Positions 26,324-37,832 of a DNA stretch of 64,000 nucleotides are shown here, in pieces; within the stretch, counting starts at the first letter, position 1, and the number at the start of each line of letters is the position of its first letter. The DNA is taken from positions 173,228,001 to 173,292,000 of the forward strand of contig OZ038378.1 in the NCBI GenBank assembly GCA_964036045.1, written 5' to 3'. Source of the DNA: Eutreptiella sp. 'Long Island Sound 2002'. Its lineage: Eukaryota > Protista > Euglenida. The position numbers and the translations under genes are program-made. The notes under the pieces are model-generated. The model saw nothing but the letters and a program-made list of their open reading frames with translations. It did no database searches and had not been told where the DNA came from.

Positions 26324-27893
26324 CATTGGACAATTCTGACAGTTTGTATCCTTCGCAGTCGACTTTGCATTGTTGAGAGCTGCATTATCAAACAAAACAA
26401 TGTGTGTTCGTGGGTTGGGCAAGGACTGTGCTGAGGCGGGCGGGGAATTTGAAAGCATGAGGGTTTCACATACTCCCCTCCCTATTTTTCATGGTTGCCT
26501 CTGGGTGCAGGGGAGCTTTTGAATTCAGATACAATCGGAGATAGTGCTTCCCTAAGTCTGTCTGTCCTGTTTTGTGGGGCAGCTTTGTGATCTCATCCTT
26601 GATTTTAGGTAAGTTTTGCACAAATGAAGTTGCATGTGTGAAATGGGGTAGTATAAGCCTTTGGGGGAGGGGAAGAAACAGCAACCCAACAGACCACATG
26701 CGCACGGAAACACAGCGACGCAAGTAGTGGGCGACCAGAATGCAGAAGGGAGTGGGCAGCAAAAACCAAGAAACGACCCGGCACCAACCAGCACAACCCC
26801 AGTACGCCAACTACTGGGCTCCGCTAAAACAAAAACCACACCAAAAGGAACACAGGCTAAGGTGCATTTGCCATTTTGCGGTTCGCGGGATTCACCATAC
26901 AACATCTTCTCCTCCTCATCCAAATCCTTCAAAGTATTAAATGATGCTTCAATCTTTGCTGCGGAAATGTTACGGAAAATAGATGCAAGCTTCTCAGACA
27001 CAGAGGGCTGTGAGGCACAAGACATGGGGACCTACAAACATGGCTTTCATGATTGAAATGTTGCATTCAAGGTGGGAACATGCAAAAGCACAAGGAACAT
27101 TCTCTCCATTAGGTAGTTCACCTTGGCTTTGTCTGTCACTCGTTGTTATGTGAGGGGTGGGGGTGGGGGCGACCACAACAGAGCACGCAACACTGGAAAC
27201 ACATGAGATATCTCAACATCAGCCAACAATTCCCAAAACAACCAGCAACGTTGCACTGCTTGTCCACCGCCTGGTCGTTGGACAAAATTTAGGTGTAAAA
27301 CAATGCTGTTTGTCATTGCGCAAGGGTGGGGACACCTTCCAGGCACAGAAAAATTGCTTTCAGCAAGGCACCTTGGAGAGGGACTCTTGTGACTTGTTTG
27401 CCTTTGTTTGTTGGGTTATGTAAAGCACAAGGAAAAAAAGGGCGGGCACCACCACAGTGCTAACAGGCCCAAAACGGTGCTTTCAGGGCCAATAAGCACC
27501 ACAAGGAGGGGATATGGCGCCACGAGGTTCCCCATGGCTTTATATGTACACAATGTGAAATGGGCTTGTTCATGTGATGTGTGTCTGCCAATTGGCACGA
27601 CCAGTGGCAATGGTGTGGCTACGGCAGCATCATGTTTAGATGGGCACAGATGGTATTGAAAATGCGCCCCGTCTTGCCCTATCCATCACCTCCCAAGGTG
27701 AAGATACACAAGATGGCCCCTTGGAAGCAACTACCACCCTAGTTTGGGGTCTAGGTCCTCGCTCTCCCTACTAGATTGTTGAATCTTGAAAGGGAAGCTC
27801 CTGACCCTGTTTGGGGTTTTGTTCACTTCGTAACCAACCATATCCGTTGCCGAGTAAGATGGCAGTTGGTGGACAAGATGATCTCTGAATTCT
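26324..27893 (-). CDS. Internal exons of a minus-strand spliced gene of unknown function (27893-27839, 27031-26896, 26430-26324)
   Basis: Three AG/GT-bounded exons with matching phases (0 then 1): EFRDHLVHQLPSYSATDM|VPMSCASQPSVSEKLASIFRNISAAKIEASFNTLKDLDEEEKMLY|AQSLPNPRTHIVLFDNAALNNAKSTAKDTNCQNCPM. The gene ends were not resolved. Confidence 0.45.
26690..26830 (+). repeat. Family A-related modular repeat inside the putative intron 26895-26431
   Basis: Contains cgcacggaaac.cagc and caaccagcacaacccc.gtacgccaactactgggc.ccgctaa, shared with the 16615-16750 region. Confidence 0.7.
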
Positions 27894-29093
27894 CTGGATT
27901 GCATGGTTGGCTGGGGAAGCGATGAATTCTCCTTTTTGTGTTCACCTTGTACAACAAGTGGAGTGAACTACGACTTGTCCAGCTTGGCTAATGCTTTGTG
28001 TTGAGTTAGAAATGGCCATGTAACTGCGGCCGTACTAGGGGAAAAAGTGAAGGAAGGGGATGACAAGGGGCCAAATCTGAAGCTCGGACAAAGGTAGCAA
28101 AGTGGTTTGACGGGTACATGCACAAGAAGCACTGCCCTTGTAACAACCCTTTTGCGGTGTAAGAACTCCCCAAAACTCCCTACCTTTCCTCTTAGACTTG
28201 AGGGTACCACAGTAAGTTGGCTGAAGAGATGCCAGCACTATGCAAGCTTACCGTGCCAACCAGAAGGTCTGGCCTTCCACAGTACAGTTACATGTAGCCT
28301 AGAGGTTTTGGCTGACAAAACACAGCTAAATGGTGGAGATACCAAGGCTCAGGTTGACTGACTGTACATATGCTCATGGCTAAATAGTGTGGAACATTGC
28401 TGCATACGCGTATCAGAACGTGCATGTGTAGAGCGCCTTGTTCACCTGCATGCGCCCAAAGCCCCTACACCACACATTCAAATGGACATTTCCAATGGGG
28501 ATGAAACTTAGTATTTCTCTTATCATTTCAAGGTCATACAATGTGATGGGTTGCCCCGGGTGGAAAAATTTTTAATTGGAGGAACTTGCTTCCCTGGTCT
28601 TCCTAGTGGGTCATTCTGGTTTCGTTTCCGGAACCTCCTGTTTTGGATGGACCTAGTAAGTAACTTCCTATGGGCTTACTGGCTGGACTTTCTGGTCAGA
28701 AGGTGACTTCTTGGTTTGACTTCCGGGGGGTTCCTTGTCCCAGTTTGCCACCCAAATGTCAACCCATTTTCCTCAACATCCCAAGCACACTCAATGACAC
28801 TGTGAGTGTCTAGAACTGGAAAATAAAATGCATCAGCTATAGGTCGTTGCCTCCAGGTCCCGTGCCTCCCTCGCCCTGCCTTCTTTCCTCCCTCACCCTG
28901 CACCTCCTCACGTACCTCGCCTCCCGTCATCCGTTGCCCTGCCTGAGGTCCTTCTTTACCCTGCCCCATGTCACGCCTTACCCTGTCTCCCCTCCTCACT
29001 CCCCGTGTCTCATGCGGTCCCTCCCCTTCCCCCCTGCATAGCCCTACCTCACCTCCTCCTTCTGCTGAGCGAGTATATTTTTTTTTCGGCAAG

Positions 29094-32000
29094 ATGCTGT
29101 CCGTGACACCAGACAAGTTTTCTGACAGTGTGACGGCCGAGGAAATCGAGGCGGTTTTCCCCGCTGGAGACCCTCTTGTCCTTGTCACACAGCTGCGCAC
29201 CTCTTGGCTACAAAAGGCGATGGTGACGCCGTCGTGGGCCACAGCTGCAGCAGAGTTGTCGCAGCTTCTAGGCCTTGTGGTTGCAGAGAAGAACTTAGGT
29301 CTTGACGCGGGGCAGTGTAGTGTCGTGATGCAGGCAGCAAAAGGAGTACAGGAGGACATGGTCAAAGTGCACGGGTACAAGCCCAGCCGTGCCGAACCGT
29401 CGAAGCCGGCAGACCCGGAGGCGACAGCGGAGGCTGGTACAGCAGAGACGCAAGAGCCGGGTGACGACAATGACGAGGAGGAGGTTGCATCGGCTGGAGC
29501 AGCCACTACGTTGGCGGACGGCGACCAGAAGTTTATTGTGAATGTGTTCCATCAAGAGACCAACAAGCGGGTCCCAATGGGCTCTGGGACGTTCGACCTC
29601 GACGATGCAATGCGGCACGCATTGCGGCGCGGCAGCAAATCGGTCATCGTCCCGATGAAAGTCGCGGAACGTGAGGCAGGGGTCGTTGAATTGGCGCTGG
29701 ACGCCGAATTCCGCAGGGGTTTCATGGAGATGCTGTTCATCACCGTCGTGAGTGCAACAGGCTTAGAGAGCCCAGACCCGAGCTATGAGCCCGATCCGCT
29801 TTGCGAAGTGAAGATGGGGAGCATCGTGTGGGAGACAAGCGTCAAAACAAGCACCATCACTCCGACCTGGCAGGAGAGGTTTGATTTTACACCCAACAAA
29901 GTGGTGACCGTGAAGGTGTATGATGATGACAAACAAGGGCGTGAGCTGATGGGCTCGGGGTCATTTGCGCTGGATCAGAAGATGAGGAAGACCCTGAAGA
30001 GCCATCCTTCCAGAATCCTGAAGGTCCCCTTGACACTCGAGGGGCAGAAAGCAGGCGCTGTCCGGATGATCCTTGAGACAACCTTCAACGGGGCTGTCAT
30101 CGACAAGCTCACGATCACCGTGAACGACGGCATGGATTTGCTAAACAAGGACGTCAAAAGCCTCTCGGACCCTCTGTGCCAAGTGACGGTCGGTCATGTG
30201 ATGCGTGAGACCGCGGTCCTGTCGAACACCCTGTCCCCCCGGTGGAAGGAGGCCTTTGATTTCACACCAGAGGCGAAGGACGAGTACGCGGCTGCCCTCC
30301 GGGAACTGGGCCACGAGGGTCACCTGAAGCAGCATGTTTGGGACATGGATTGCCACCGAGCGCTCCGCAGTCGGCCCGCCAAGCTGGACGCCCTGTGGCG
30401 CTCTCTGCGGCCGCAGCCCGCCGTCTGGGGGACCGTGGCCGAGCTGCACAACTTCGTCCAGGCGCCCCCCTCCGCCGATCAGCGGCAGTTCGGCATTGCG
30501 AGGCTGCAGGAGTTCGCGGCGCAGACGAGCTGCGACCTCCAGATTCCCGAGCCCGAGCCGCAGGGTCGCGTGGACATCCGGCCCCACGGGGGGTTCGTGC
30601 AGATGACGCAGGCCCACACCGCGATCCTCGACTGCGGGACCTCGGAGCGCCTGCAGGCGACGGTGGGGCAGGCCGTGGGGCACTGGGCGGTCGCCGCGTG
30701 CCTCGTGACCGACGTCGACGACCGCTACTTCGCCACGGCGATGGACAGCGGATACCGCTACGTCGGCATCCGGGTGTATTTCTTGGGGGTGCCCTGGGAC
30801 GTGCACCTCACGACCACGCCGTTCCTCACCGCCCAGAGGACCGTGGACCGTGGGGTCGCGCACGACCGGGCCCTGGAGAAGGACGCGCTGCATGCGGCCG
30901 CGGCCCAGGGCGATGCCCGGTTGGCCGACGTTGTCTTGGCCCTGCGGAAGGAAGCAGTCTTTGACCTGGACAGCTACGGGCACCTGGCGGTCACGCACGC
31001 CTGCATGCGTATGCGCTGGGACATAGCAGGGCAGCTGGCACAGGTCATGGTGCGGCATGCGAGTGAAGTGCAGCTGCAAGAGCAGGCAACATGGTCACTG
31101 CTGATGGCAGCCGAGTGTGCAGGGTACGGCGACCGCTGGGACCTGCTCGGGGCACTGCAGCAGGTGATAGAACATGGCAACCGCCATCACTCGGGCTCGG
31201 CCGTCATCTATATGGCCGCCACGCAGCACGTGTACCACGCCTTGCAGGCGGTGTTGGGGGTCTGCACAGAGTTCACTTGGAGTGGCAAGGGACCCGAATC
31301 AGGGGACCATTTGGAAGTTTCGACCGCAAGGGCGCTCTTCAAAGCTCTGGGCCCGAACCGTACCATAGCTCATGTAGACCTCAGCAGCTCCGGCATTGGC
31401 TCCAAACACATTGAAGAACTGGCCAACCTCTTGAAGGTAAATACTGGGATAACGGCCATCAACCTCTCCAATTGTTGTGTTCCGGATGCCGGATGTGAAG
31501 CATTGGCCCAGGCGTTGGAGGGCAACACAGTGTTGACGTCCTTTGTCCTGTCTGGATGTTCCATTGGAGAATCTGCCACGCATTTGTTCAAGGCGCTGGA
31601 AGCGAACAGGGCCCTGTCGTCCCTGGATCTCAGCAATAACAACGTGGGTAACGCTGAAAGCGCAGCGCTCGCAAAAGCTATGGCAGTGAATACCACCCTC
31701 ATTGACATCAACCTCAGTGTGAATGGCATTACGGAGGCCGGGGCTCCGTATTTGGCTCAAATCCTCCAAGTGAACAGTAGACTGAAGTCCATGGCACTGG
31801 GAGGTAACCACTTGTCCGATTTCGGCTGCGATCTGTTGGCAGTCGCATTGCGCAGTAACACAGCGCTCACATCTCTTGATTTGCGAGCAAATGGTGTTGT
31901 GGAGGGCGCCGAGGCATTGCTGAGGGGTTTGGAATGCAATTCGACACTACAGCTTCTGGACCTGAGCGAAAATGGATGGCGCAACTCGAAGATCCTTTTC

Positions 32001-33104
32001 GCGAATCCACGAAACAAATCGGTGCACATCCTGCACCGTGCGATGCATTACGTGGACTGTGTATTGTTGGCCAGTGCCCTCGCATCGAATGCCACGCTGA
32101 CTTCCGTCAGCCTTAGAGATAGTGGTGTTGCTGCCGATGACTGCAAAGTTCTGGCTCAGGCCCTCGAAGTGAATGCGAAGCTGTCATTTGTTGATTTGGC
32201 TGGCAACAAAATAGATGGTGCCGGTTGCATTCCATTGGCTAAGGCCCTGGAGATGAACAAGGCCCTCACATCCATCATCCTGGATGAGAATTCCATTGGC
32301 AATGCCGGTGCCGTGGCCTTGGGCAAGGCTCTCGAAGTGAACAGCACGCTGACAGTCGTCAAACTTCGGGACAATCAGATTGGCATGGAAGGCGGAGAGG
32401 CATTGGGCAACGCATTGAGGAAGAACACCACGGTCTGTGAGATAGACCTTGGCAACAATGAAATTGGTGAAGAAGGAAGCACAGTGTTGTTCGATGCCCT
32501 TGCAGCAAATGGGACTGTGACCTCCCTCCGGATTGACGGCAACAATATTTCGGACGCCGGCGGGACTGCACTGGGCAAGGCCCTTCAAACGAACTGCGCT
32601 TTGGCAGCGGTTCATCTCAGTGATAACTGCATTTGTGATGGCGGCAGCCAGGCGATATTCGAGAGCTTGGAAGCAAACCGCACCCTGACTACCCTTGACC
32701 TGGACAACAACTTGGCGGGTGCACAGGGCATGCGAGCCCTCCGCAATGCTTTGACCGGAAACTCTGTGTTGAAGGCTGTGCACCTGGACGACAATGATGT
32801 AGACGACCATGACGCCGCAGTAGTATTCGAGGCCCTGGAAACGAATACTACCCTAACGGCCCTACACCTCAATGCGAACAAGGTGGGCTATCGAGGCGGC
32901 AAGGCATTGGCCGAAGCTCTGCACAAGAACACCACCATCCGATCCATCCACTTGCGCGACAACAGCCTTCCAAAGGACGTAAAAACCCACAAATGGCTCG
33001 CGGATGCTCTAGACGCAAATAACTTTGTGAAGTACATGGATCTCAGGGGGAATCCAATAGACTACAAGTTCGAGCACTTCACAGACAGAACTGTGGAGCT
33101 TTGA
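29094..33104 (+). CDS. Intronless 1336-aa mosaic protein: N-terminal helical region, C2 domains (half/full/half), degenerate RelA/SpoT-synthetase-like segment, ankyrin-like repeats, 21 ribonuclease-inhibitor-type LRRs
   Basis: Single open frame. The ATG at 29094 follows a T-tract and AG. C2 signature LFITVVSATGL...DPLCEVKMG...TITPTWQERFDF...VKVYDDD...MGSGSF at 29724-30086. Ankyrin-like ALHAAAAQGD...DSYGHLAVTHAC at 30882-31050. Twenty-one ~28-aa repeats of the NxTLTxLDLxxNxIG type at 31326-33060. Confidence 0.9.
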   Translation: MLSVTPDKFSDSVTAEEIEAVFPAGDPLVLVTQLRTSWLQKAMVTPSWATAAAELSQLLGLVVAEKNLGLDAGQCSVVMQAAKGVQEDMVKVHGYKPSRAEPSKPADPEATAEAGTAETQEPGDDNDEEEVASAGAATTLADGDQKFIVNVFHQETNKRVPMGSGTFDLDDAMRHALRRGSKSVIVPMKVAEREAGVVELALDAEFRRGFMEMLFITVVSATGLESPDPSYEPDPLCEVKMGSIVWETSVKTSTITPTWQERFDFTPNKVVTVKVYDDDKQGRELMGSGSFALDQKMRKTLKSHPSRILKVPLTLEGQKAGAVRMILETTFNGAVIDKLTITVNDGMDLLNKDVKSLSDPLCQVTVGHVMRETAVLSNTLSPRWKEAFDFTPEAKDEYAAALRELGHEGHLKQHVWDMDCHRALRSRPAKLDALWRSLRPQPAVWGTVAELHNFVQAPPSADQRQFGIARLQEFAAQTSCDLQIPEPEPQGRVDIRPHGGFVQMTQAHTAILDCGTSERLQATVGQAVGHWAVAACLVTDVDDRYFATAMDSGYRYVGIRVYFLGVPWDVHLTTTPFLTAQRTVDRGVAHDRALEKDALHAAAAQGDARLADVVLALRKEAVFDLDSYGHLAVTHACMRMRWDIAGQLAQVMVRHASEVQLQEQATWSLLMAAECAGYGDRWDLLGALQQVIEHGNRHHSGSAVIYMAATQHVYHALQAVLGVCTEFTWSGKGPESGDHLEVSTARALFKALGPNRTIAHVDLSSSGIGSKHIEELANLLKVNTGITAINLSNCCVPDAGCEALAQALEGNTVLTSFVLSGCSIGESATHLFKALEANRALSSLDLSNNNVGNAESAALAKAMAVNTTLIDINLSVNGITEAGAPYLAQILQVNSRLKSMALGGNHLSDFGCDLLAVALRSNTALTSLDLRANGVVEGAEALLRGLECNSTLQLLDLSENGWRNSKILFANPRNKSVHILHRAMHYVDCVLLASALASNATLTSVSLRDSGVAADDCKVLAQALEVNAKLSFVDLAGNKIDGAGCIPLAKALEMNKALTSIILDENSIGNAGAVALGKALEVNSTLTVVKLRDNQIGMEGGEALGNALRKNTTVCEIDLGNNEIGEEGSTVLFDALAANGTVTSLRIDGNNISDAGGTALGKALQTNCALAAVHLSDNCICDGGSQAIFESLEANRTLTTLDLDNNLAGAQGMRALRNALTGNSVLKAVHLDDNDVDDHDAAVVFEALETNTTLTALHLNANKVGYRGGKALAEALHKNTTIRSIHLRDNSLPKDVKTHKWLADALDANNFVKYMDLRGNPIDYKFEHFTDRTVEL

Positions 33105-35066
33105 CACGACAATCCGCCTGGTGCTGCAGACCCAGTTTCCCTCCCCTGCCCCCCTGCCGCCCCTTGGGCGTATCATCTGCACATTTACGTGGTCCATCGG
33201 GGGTATTGACGCCAAACTTTTAGCGTTGCATGTGTATGTGGAATCGTGCTCTGATGTCGTTTTGGAGTGTCCCATGCATTTTGGTAGTGGCGGCAGGTGC
33301 GCCTGCTCTGGCGTGGCTTGTCTCCCTGTTTAATTACCCCTCCTTTCCAACTCCCGTCTTGGTGGTCGAAAGTGCCACCCCCCCCTCTGCAAACCCATAA
33401 GGAGGGGGTGCTGAAGATGCTGATATTTTGACAGGAGACATTAGGGGAGTGGAATATTTGTCGTATAAAACATTTTACACAACTATATTACCACACCCCT
33501 TTCCCTTCATATCCTAGCCAACACGCAACAAGCAAGCAAGCAAGCAACGCTTCACCAATCTGCGAATTACTCCATCATAGCGGCCTGGCACCGTCCACCA
33601 TTCTAGGTCTTGATTGCCGCAGGTGCCCTTGCTAAATCCCAAATTTGAGCTAAAAGCTCACCCGTGGCAGCCCTAGGCCACACGTCCGGGGCCTATAAAC
33701 CAAGTTTGTAAATCAAGTGACCGGAGATTCACGGGTCTGGGGGGCTCTGGTCCGTGGGGAAAGCCATAGTGGATGTGGGTCTGCGGGGTCCTGACGTGGC
33801 ATAAGAGACCTGGCTGCTGGCAATAGAGGCGATAGAGAGGGGGCCACGAGATAGTGACACTCAGGCCAGCATTCCCACCGTTATAGGGGTCTCGATTTGG
33901 CCAGCAATTCAACTTGTCTTGTGCTTCCGTCAGGGGGTCATCAAGGGGCATAGAGTTGGAATTTGTGAATCCCACACCACCCAGGATCCCCTGTCCCACC
34001 ATGACTCCGGTGCCCAATGCCCTCCACAAAAGGCGGCCCCCGCTGCTCTGTCACCCGACTGCTGCTGGGGACTTGAAGCGCTCCACCCTTGGGGGTGTGT
34101 CACGCGAATCTTCGGGACAAGGGTGCAAATGGTCCCCCTGTGGTCCCACCAGCCCCTTCCCCCCTTCTGTACATGCAGTTGCATGTTTCGCCAGCGATGG
34201 CTATGCGCATTGTGTCCCGTGCGGCACACGGTGCAAGGAGGCACCCTCTTTGCGGGGCACTTACACTTGCGGGTCATGTAGCATCTGCGTGATGGCAGTA
34301 TTATCAGCTAACCACCAACCTTCAGCCAAGCGCCAACCACCGGTAGTTGACTGCCAACCGATGGTGGTTCATGGCCAATTGTTTGTTCATTAATGTTCCT
34401 TCCGAACTTGCTGTTATTGATACTGTGCATGCCTCGGTCTTCCCTGTCACAGCGTTGCATGATGTAAAGTTTATATGGGTTGGAAGATTCGTTGTGCTTC
34501 GAAGTTCCTTTTGTGTAACTGCCTGACACTTGTTCATGAGTCAATGTATTGCTTTCTTGAATAGTTGCCTACCTCTCATTTCAGTCCAATTCCAATTTCT
34601 GACACGTTAACGCAGGAAGCACTTTTGATGGAGCTCCATAACCAGGCAAGACAATGCGTTGGCTGAACGTGCCCTCACACATTCATCTTTACAACAATAC
34701 TTTAGCGGATCCACTGGCCTATCAAGGCAACATCCACTTTCACCAGCATTTAAGAAGCACAAACCATGTCCAAAAGACGAGCCCCTGTCAAATCTGCTTT
34801 GCCCTTTTCTTTTCTTTCTGAATTGATATTTCTCACTTGCCATAAAGCAGAATATAGGCTCAGCAGTCTAGGGTTTACTACCATTGCAGAATATGACAAT
34901 GAAACACGCTCCTTCTCTGCGAGTAACATAGCTTGTTTTTGGCACTTTTCGTCAGCTCTTCAGCATCTTCCACATGAGAATGGTCATCTTGCACCAATAA
35001 CTGGCAGATAGTCTCCATGGGGAATGGCTGAAGAACTGCTTTGTATTGCACCCTGTCCTCTTCATT

Positions 35067-35738
35067 GGGGGGGGACTTAAGAGTAGTGCGCGTGCAGTGC
35101 GACTACCTGGGCGTTTGGCCGTACTAGAAACCCATATTTTGTGATACTCTGGGCATCATTGTTGTTTGACAGCAGGTTTTGATGCTTCTTCCACGGGTCT
35201 TCCCAAGGGTGCATAGCGTCCATACACCCTACTCTAGAGTGATAAAGCCGGACGAGCTCTCCCTTCGACGATGGGGCATCAAGGCCGTCTTCTTGTCTGC
35301 CCTACGCCAGCTCCCCCTGGCCCGAAGGCACTTGCTGGTCACACATGGAGGAGTCCCCATGTGGTGTGGGCGGAGGCGCTGACTCCTCTCATACTACCAG
35401 TTTCCTAGGCCGACTGACCGAAGTTAGGACACAATAAGTTGCCATCCCACCGCGGAGGCAGGTCAGTGGGCCCACACTGGGACTAACAGTGGTGGGCGGC
35501 TGGCGGTTTCTCAGGCAACTCAGCTTGCAGCCTGTTGCCTCAGGAACTCGCACACATTGCCGTTCATGGCTTTCCGCATTTTGCATGTTGTCGCATGTGA
35601 AGGGAAGGTAGTTTGCAACAATTCTTGAGCTAGGGTAGTTGGGGCTGCCTAATTTTAGGCTGTTTGGAAGGGGTGTGCCTGGGGGCTCTTCAAGGGGGAA
35701 CTGAGTCTAAAAGTAGCGTGCAGAGCAAGGATTCCCCC
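35067..35738 (+). mobile_element. Non-autonomous PIF/Harbinger-like element, copy 1 (672 bp, TSD ATT)
   Basis: GGGGG...CCCCC termini flanked by ATT at 35064-35066 and 35739-35741. The left (~35083-35160) and right (~35636-35738) blocks are homologous to those of 37833-38572. Confidence 0.75.
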
Positions 35739-37028
35739 ATTGTATTTACACTCTTTGCTTCAGCAGATTTGCAATCTTTCCACAGCCGCCTGGCCTTACT
35801 ACACAGATGTTGCAGCATAGCACTGGAAGGGATGCTCCCATGTTGAGGCCTAATCTACCATGTTGCATTTTTGCAGTGAGTGTTTCGCTGAATTTGCCCA
35901 AAGCAGGTCCGGTATGTAAGCTGAACATTGCTCTGCATATTGTTACAGGTATTTCAGCACATGATGCAATTGATTGCTTCGCTCACCAACCAACAACACA
36001 AATGTCCAAGTTTCGTGCCTCCAACCCAAAAATAAGGCTCTTCAATGAGTCTTCTTGAGTGATATCTATAGTCATCTACCTTTGATGTACACTGCCATGT
36101 TACCCTCCCCATGCAAAACCCACAGTTCCACTACTTGGTTGAGTTTGTCATGGATAGTACCATGTAGCCTACCTCTGCAGCCAATCCCTCATTAGGCATC
36201 AGACCATTAGGCATCAGACCCCTACCACATCAGCACCTGTATCCCCAACCCATCGTCGATGAGTTGACGGAGCCTGCTAGGCGTCTCACTCACACTTGTT
36301 GAGCTTGGCTGCCACTCCCCCTGTTACGCTAGACATGTAGTGAGTGGATCACCAAAAAAGGTTTATGGCTTTTAAGTACAACCATTCGGGCACCAGTCAA
36401 TAAGATCAATCAATGCTGCTCTAACCAACCACTACAACCCTTACATGCCATCCTCCAACCCCATACAATCTCTACATCCCCGTCACCCTGATGTCCCCCT
36501 CAGACCTTGGGGGGAGTACTTGTGTTGCGCACACACCACATGCTACTTTTGCGGCAAGTACACACAGAATATCCTGATTTTTGAACCCTCCCAAAATGGC
36601 CCCTAAGGACAGCAAACCCATCAGGCACAACAATTGTGTAGCCACCTCTCCTTTCAAGGTGGGGTAGTTCAGAGTATGGAGGTTGGAGTGGCAAGCACAT
36701 TCATCATCACGAAAATCTAGATTGCGAAGCACGACAATTTGACGCCCAAACAAGCCAATTCACCGATCACCACACAAGACAAAGCAAGCTGGTTCTGAGC
36801 CTGTGTTAGGTGCTCCCTGTTGTAACCCCCCCCCCCCCCCCCGATGTCCAGTCCCCCCCCTTGTCCATCCTCCCCTCCCCCCTGTGGGGGGAGGGGGGGA
36901 CCATCGCTAGCTAGTTCGTGAAGAAGAAAAGTGTCAGTGTCATATTGCATAGAACTGTAAGACCTTGTTCTTAGAGCTCATGTGCACCTCCTTTGTTCTG
37001 ACCCATTGCACTCCTCAAACCTCTGAAT

Positions 37029-37646
37029 ATGTTCCCTCAGGGTGTTGTTGTGCGCTATGTCCGTTCCACAAAGGAGCATGGGTTGGCTGTTGTGCAAGGC
37101 CCTTCTCCCCATGGTGATCAATACAGAACCATCGTGTACAAATGTGGTGCCACTGAAGTTGTGTATTATTGTGCTTCCATCAAACGCTTGACAGCTGTGT
37201 GGGCCACCCCCCCCCCTCCCGCGGAGGCACGTGTACAACCGGCAGAGGTGCAGCTCCCCAAGAGTGTATGGCAGTTGCCGTCCACTCTGCATGCTTTCTC
37301 TCAGCCATGTGTTTTGCCCCCCAACAACATTCTGTTCCATTGGCAGGCAACTCGCCCCCACAAGATCGACCCCCTTTCCCCACAATGGCAACGCATGTTG
37401 TGGTTGTGGAATGCCAAAAAAATCCTTCAAAGCGGCGACCCAAAGCCCTTCGATTCGCGTGGTTTGGGTAAAGTTTGCTTGGGGAACCTGGGGTTGGGTC
37501 ACACCTTTGGGGACAATTTGTATTTTACCCGGGACATCTTGGAGGAAACTAAATCCTCAAAAAGCTGGTGGCACCAACAAGTTCTAAACCTCCACCCAAA
37601 CTTGCACCCAAACATGGAAAGCAACCTACAACCAAGCGTAGTGTAG
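37029..37646 (+). CDS. 205-aa ORF of unknown function, possibly mobile-element-borne
   Basis: Open frame with a beta-rich N-terminus (GVVVRYVRSTKEHGLAVVQGP...YRTIVYKCGATEVVYY) and a Trp-rich C-terminal half. It lies between 12-bp direct repeats. Confidence 0.3.
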   Translation: MFPQGVVVRYVRSTKEHGLAVVQGPSPHGDQYRTIVYKCGATEVVYYCASIKRLTAVWATPPPPAEARVQPAEVQLPKSVWQLPSTLHAFSQPCVLPPNNILFHWQATRPHKIDPLSPQWQRMLWLWNAKKILQSGDPKPFDSRGLGKVCLGNLGLGHTFGDNLYFTRDILEETKSSKSWWHQQVLNLHPNLHPNMESNLQPSVV

Positions 37647-37832
37647 CTAGTTCGTCCATCCCTGTCGCTGACGGGGAATATATGTAGTTGTTCAAGACTA
37701 TGTGGGACCACAAGAGGAAGTTCTACACTGTCCCTGTTCAGAAAAAGGGGCAGGCAGAAAATTGATGAATGGATGCAGTGCATTGAGCCTTTTGCTTATT
37801 TGCATTATGTGCATGGGGACATTGGCATCTAT

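Noticed and set aside
30141-32881. Several 100-312-aa minus-strand and alternate-frame ORFs
   Set aside because: Shadows of the GC-rich C2/LRR coding sequence with no independent motifs.
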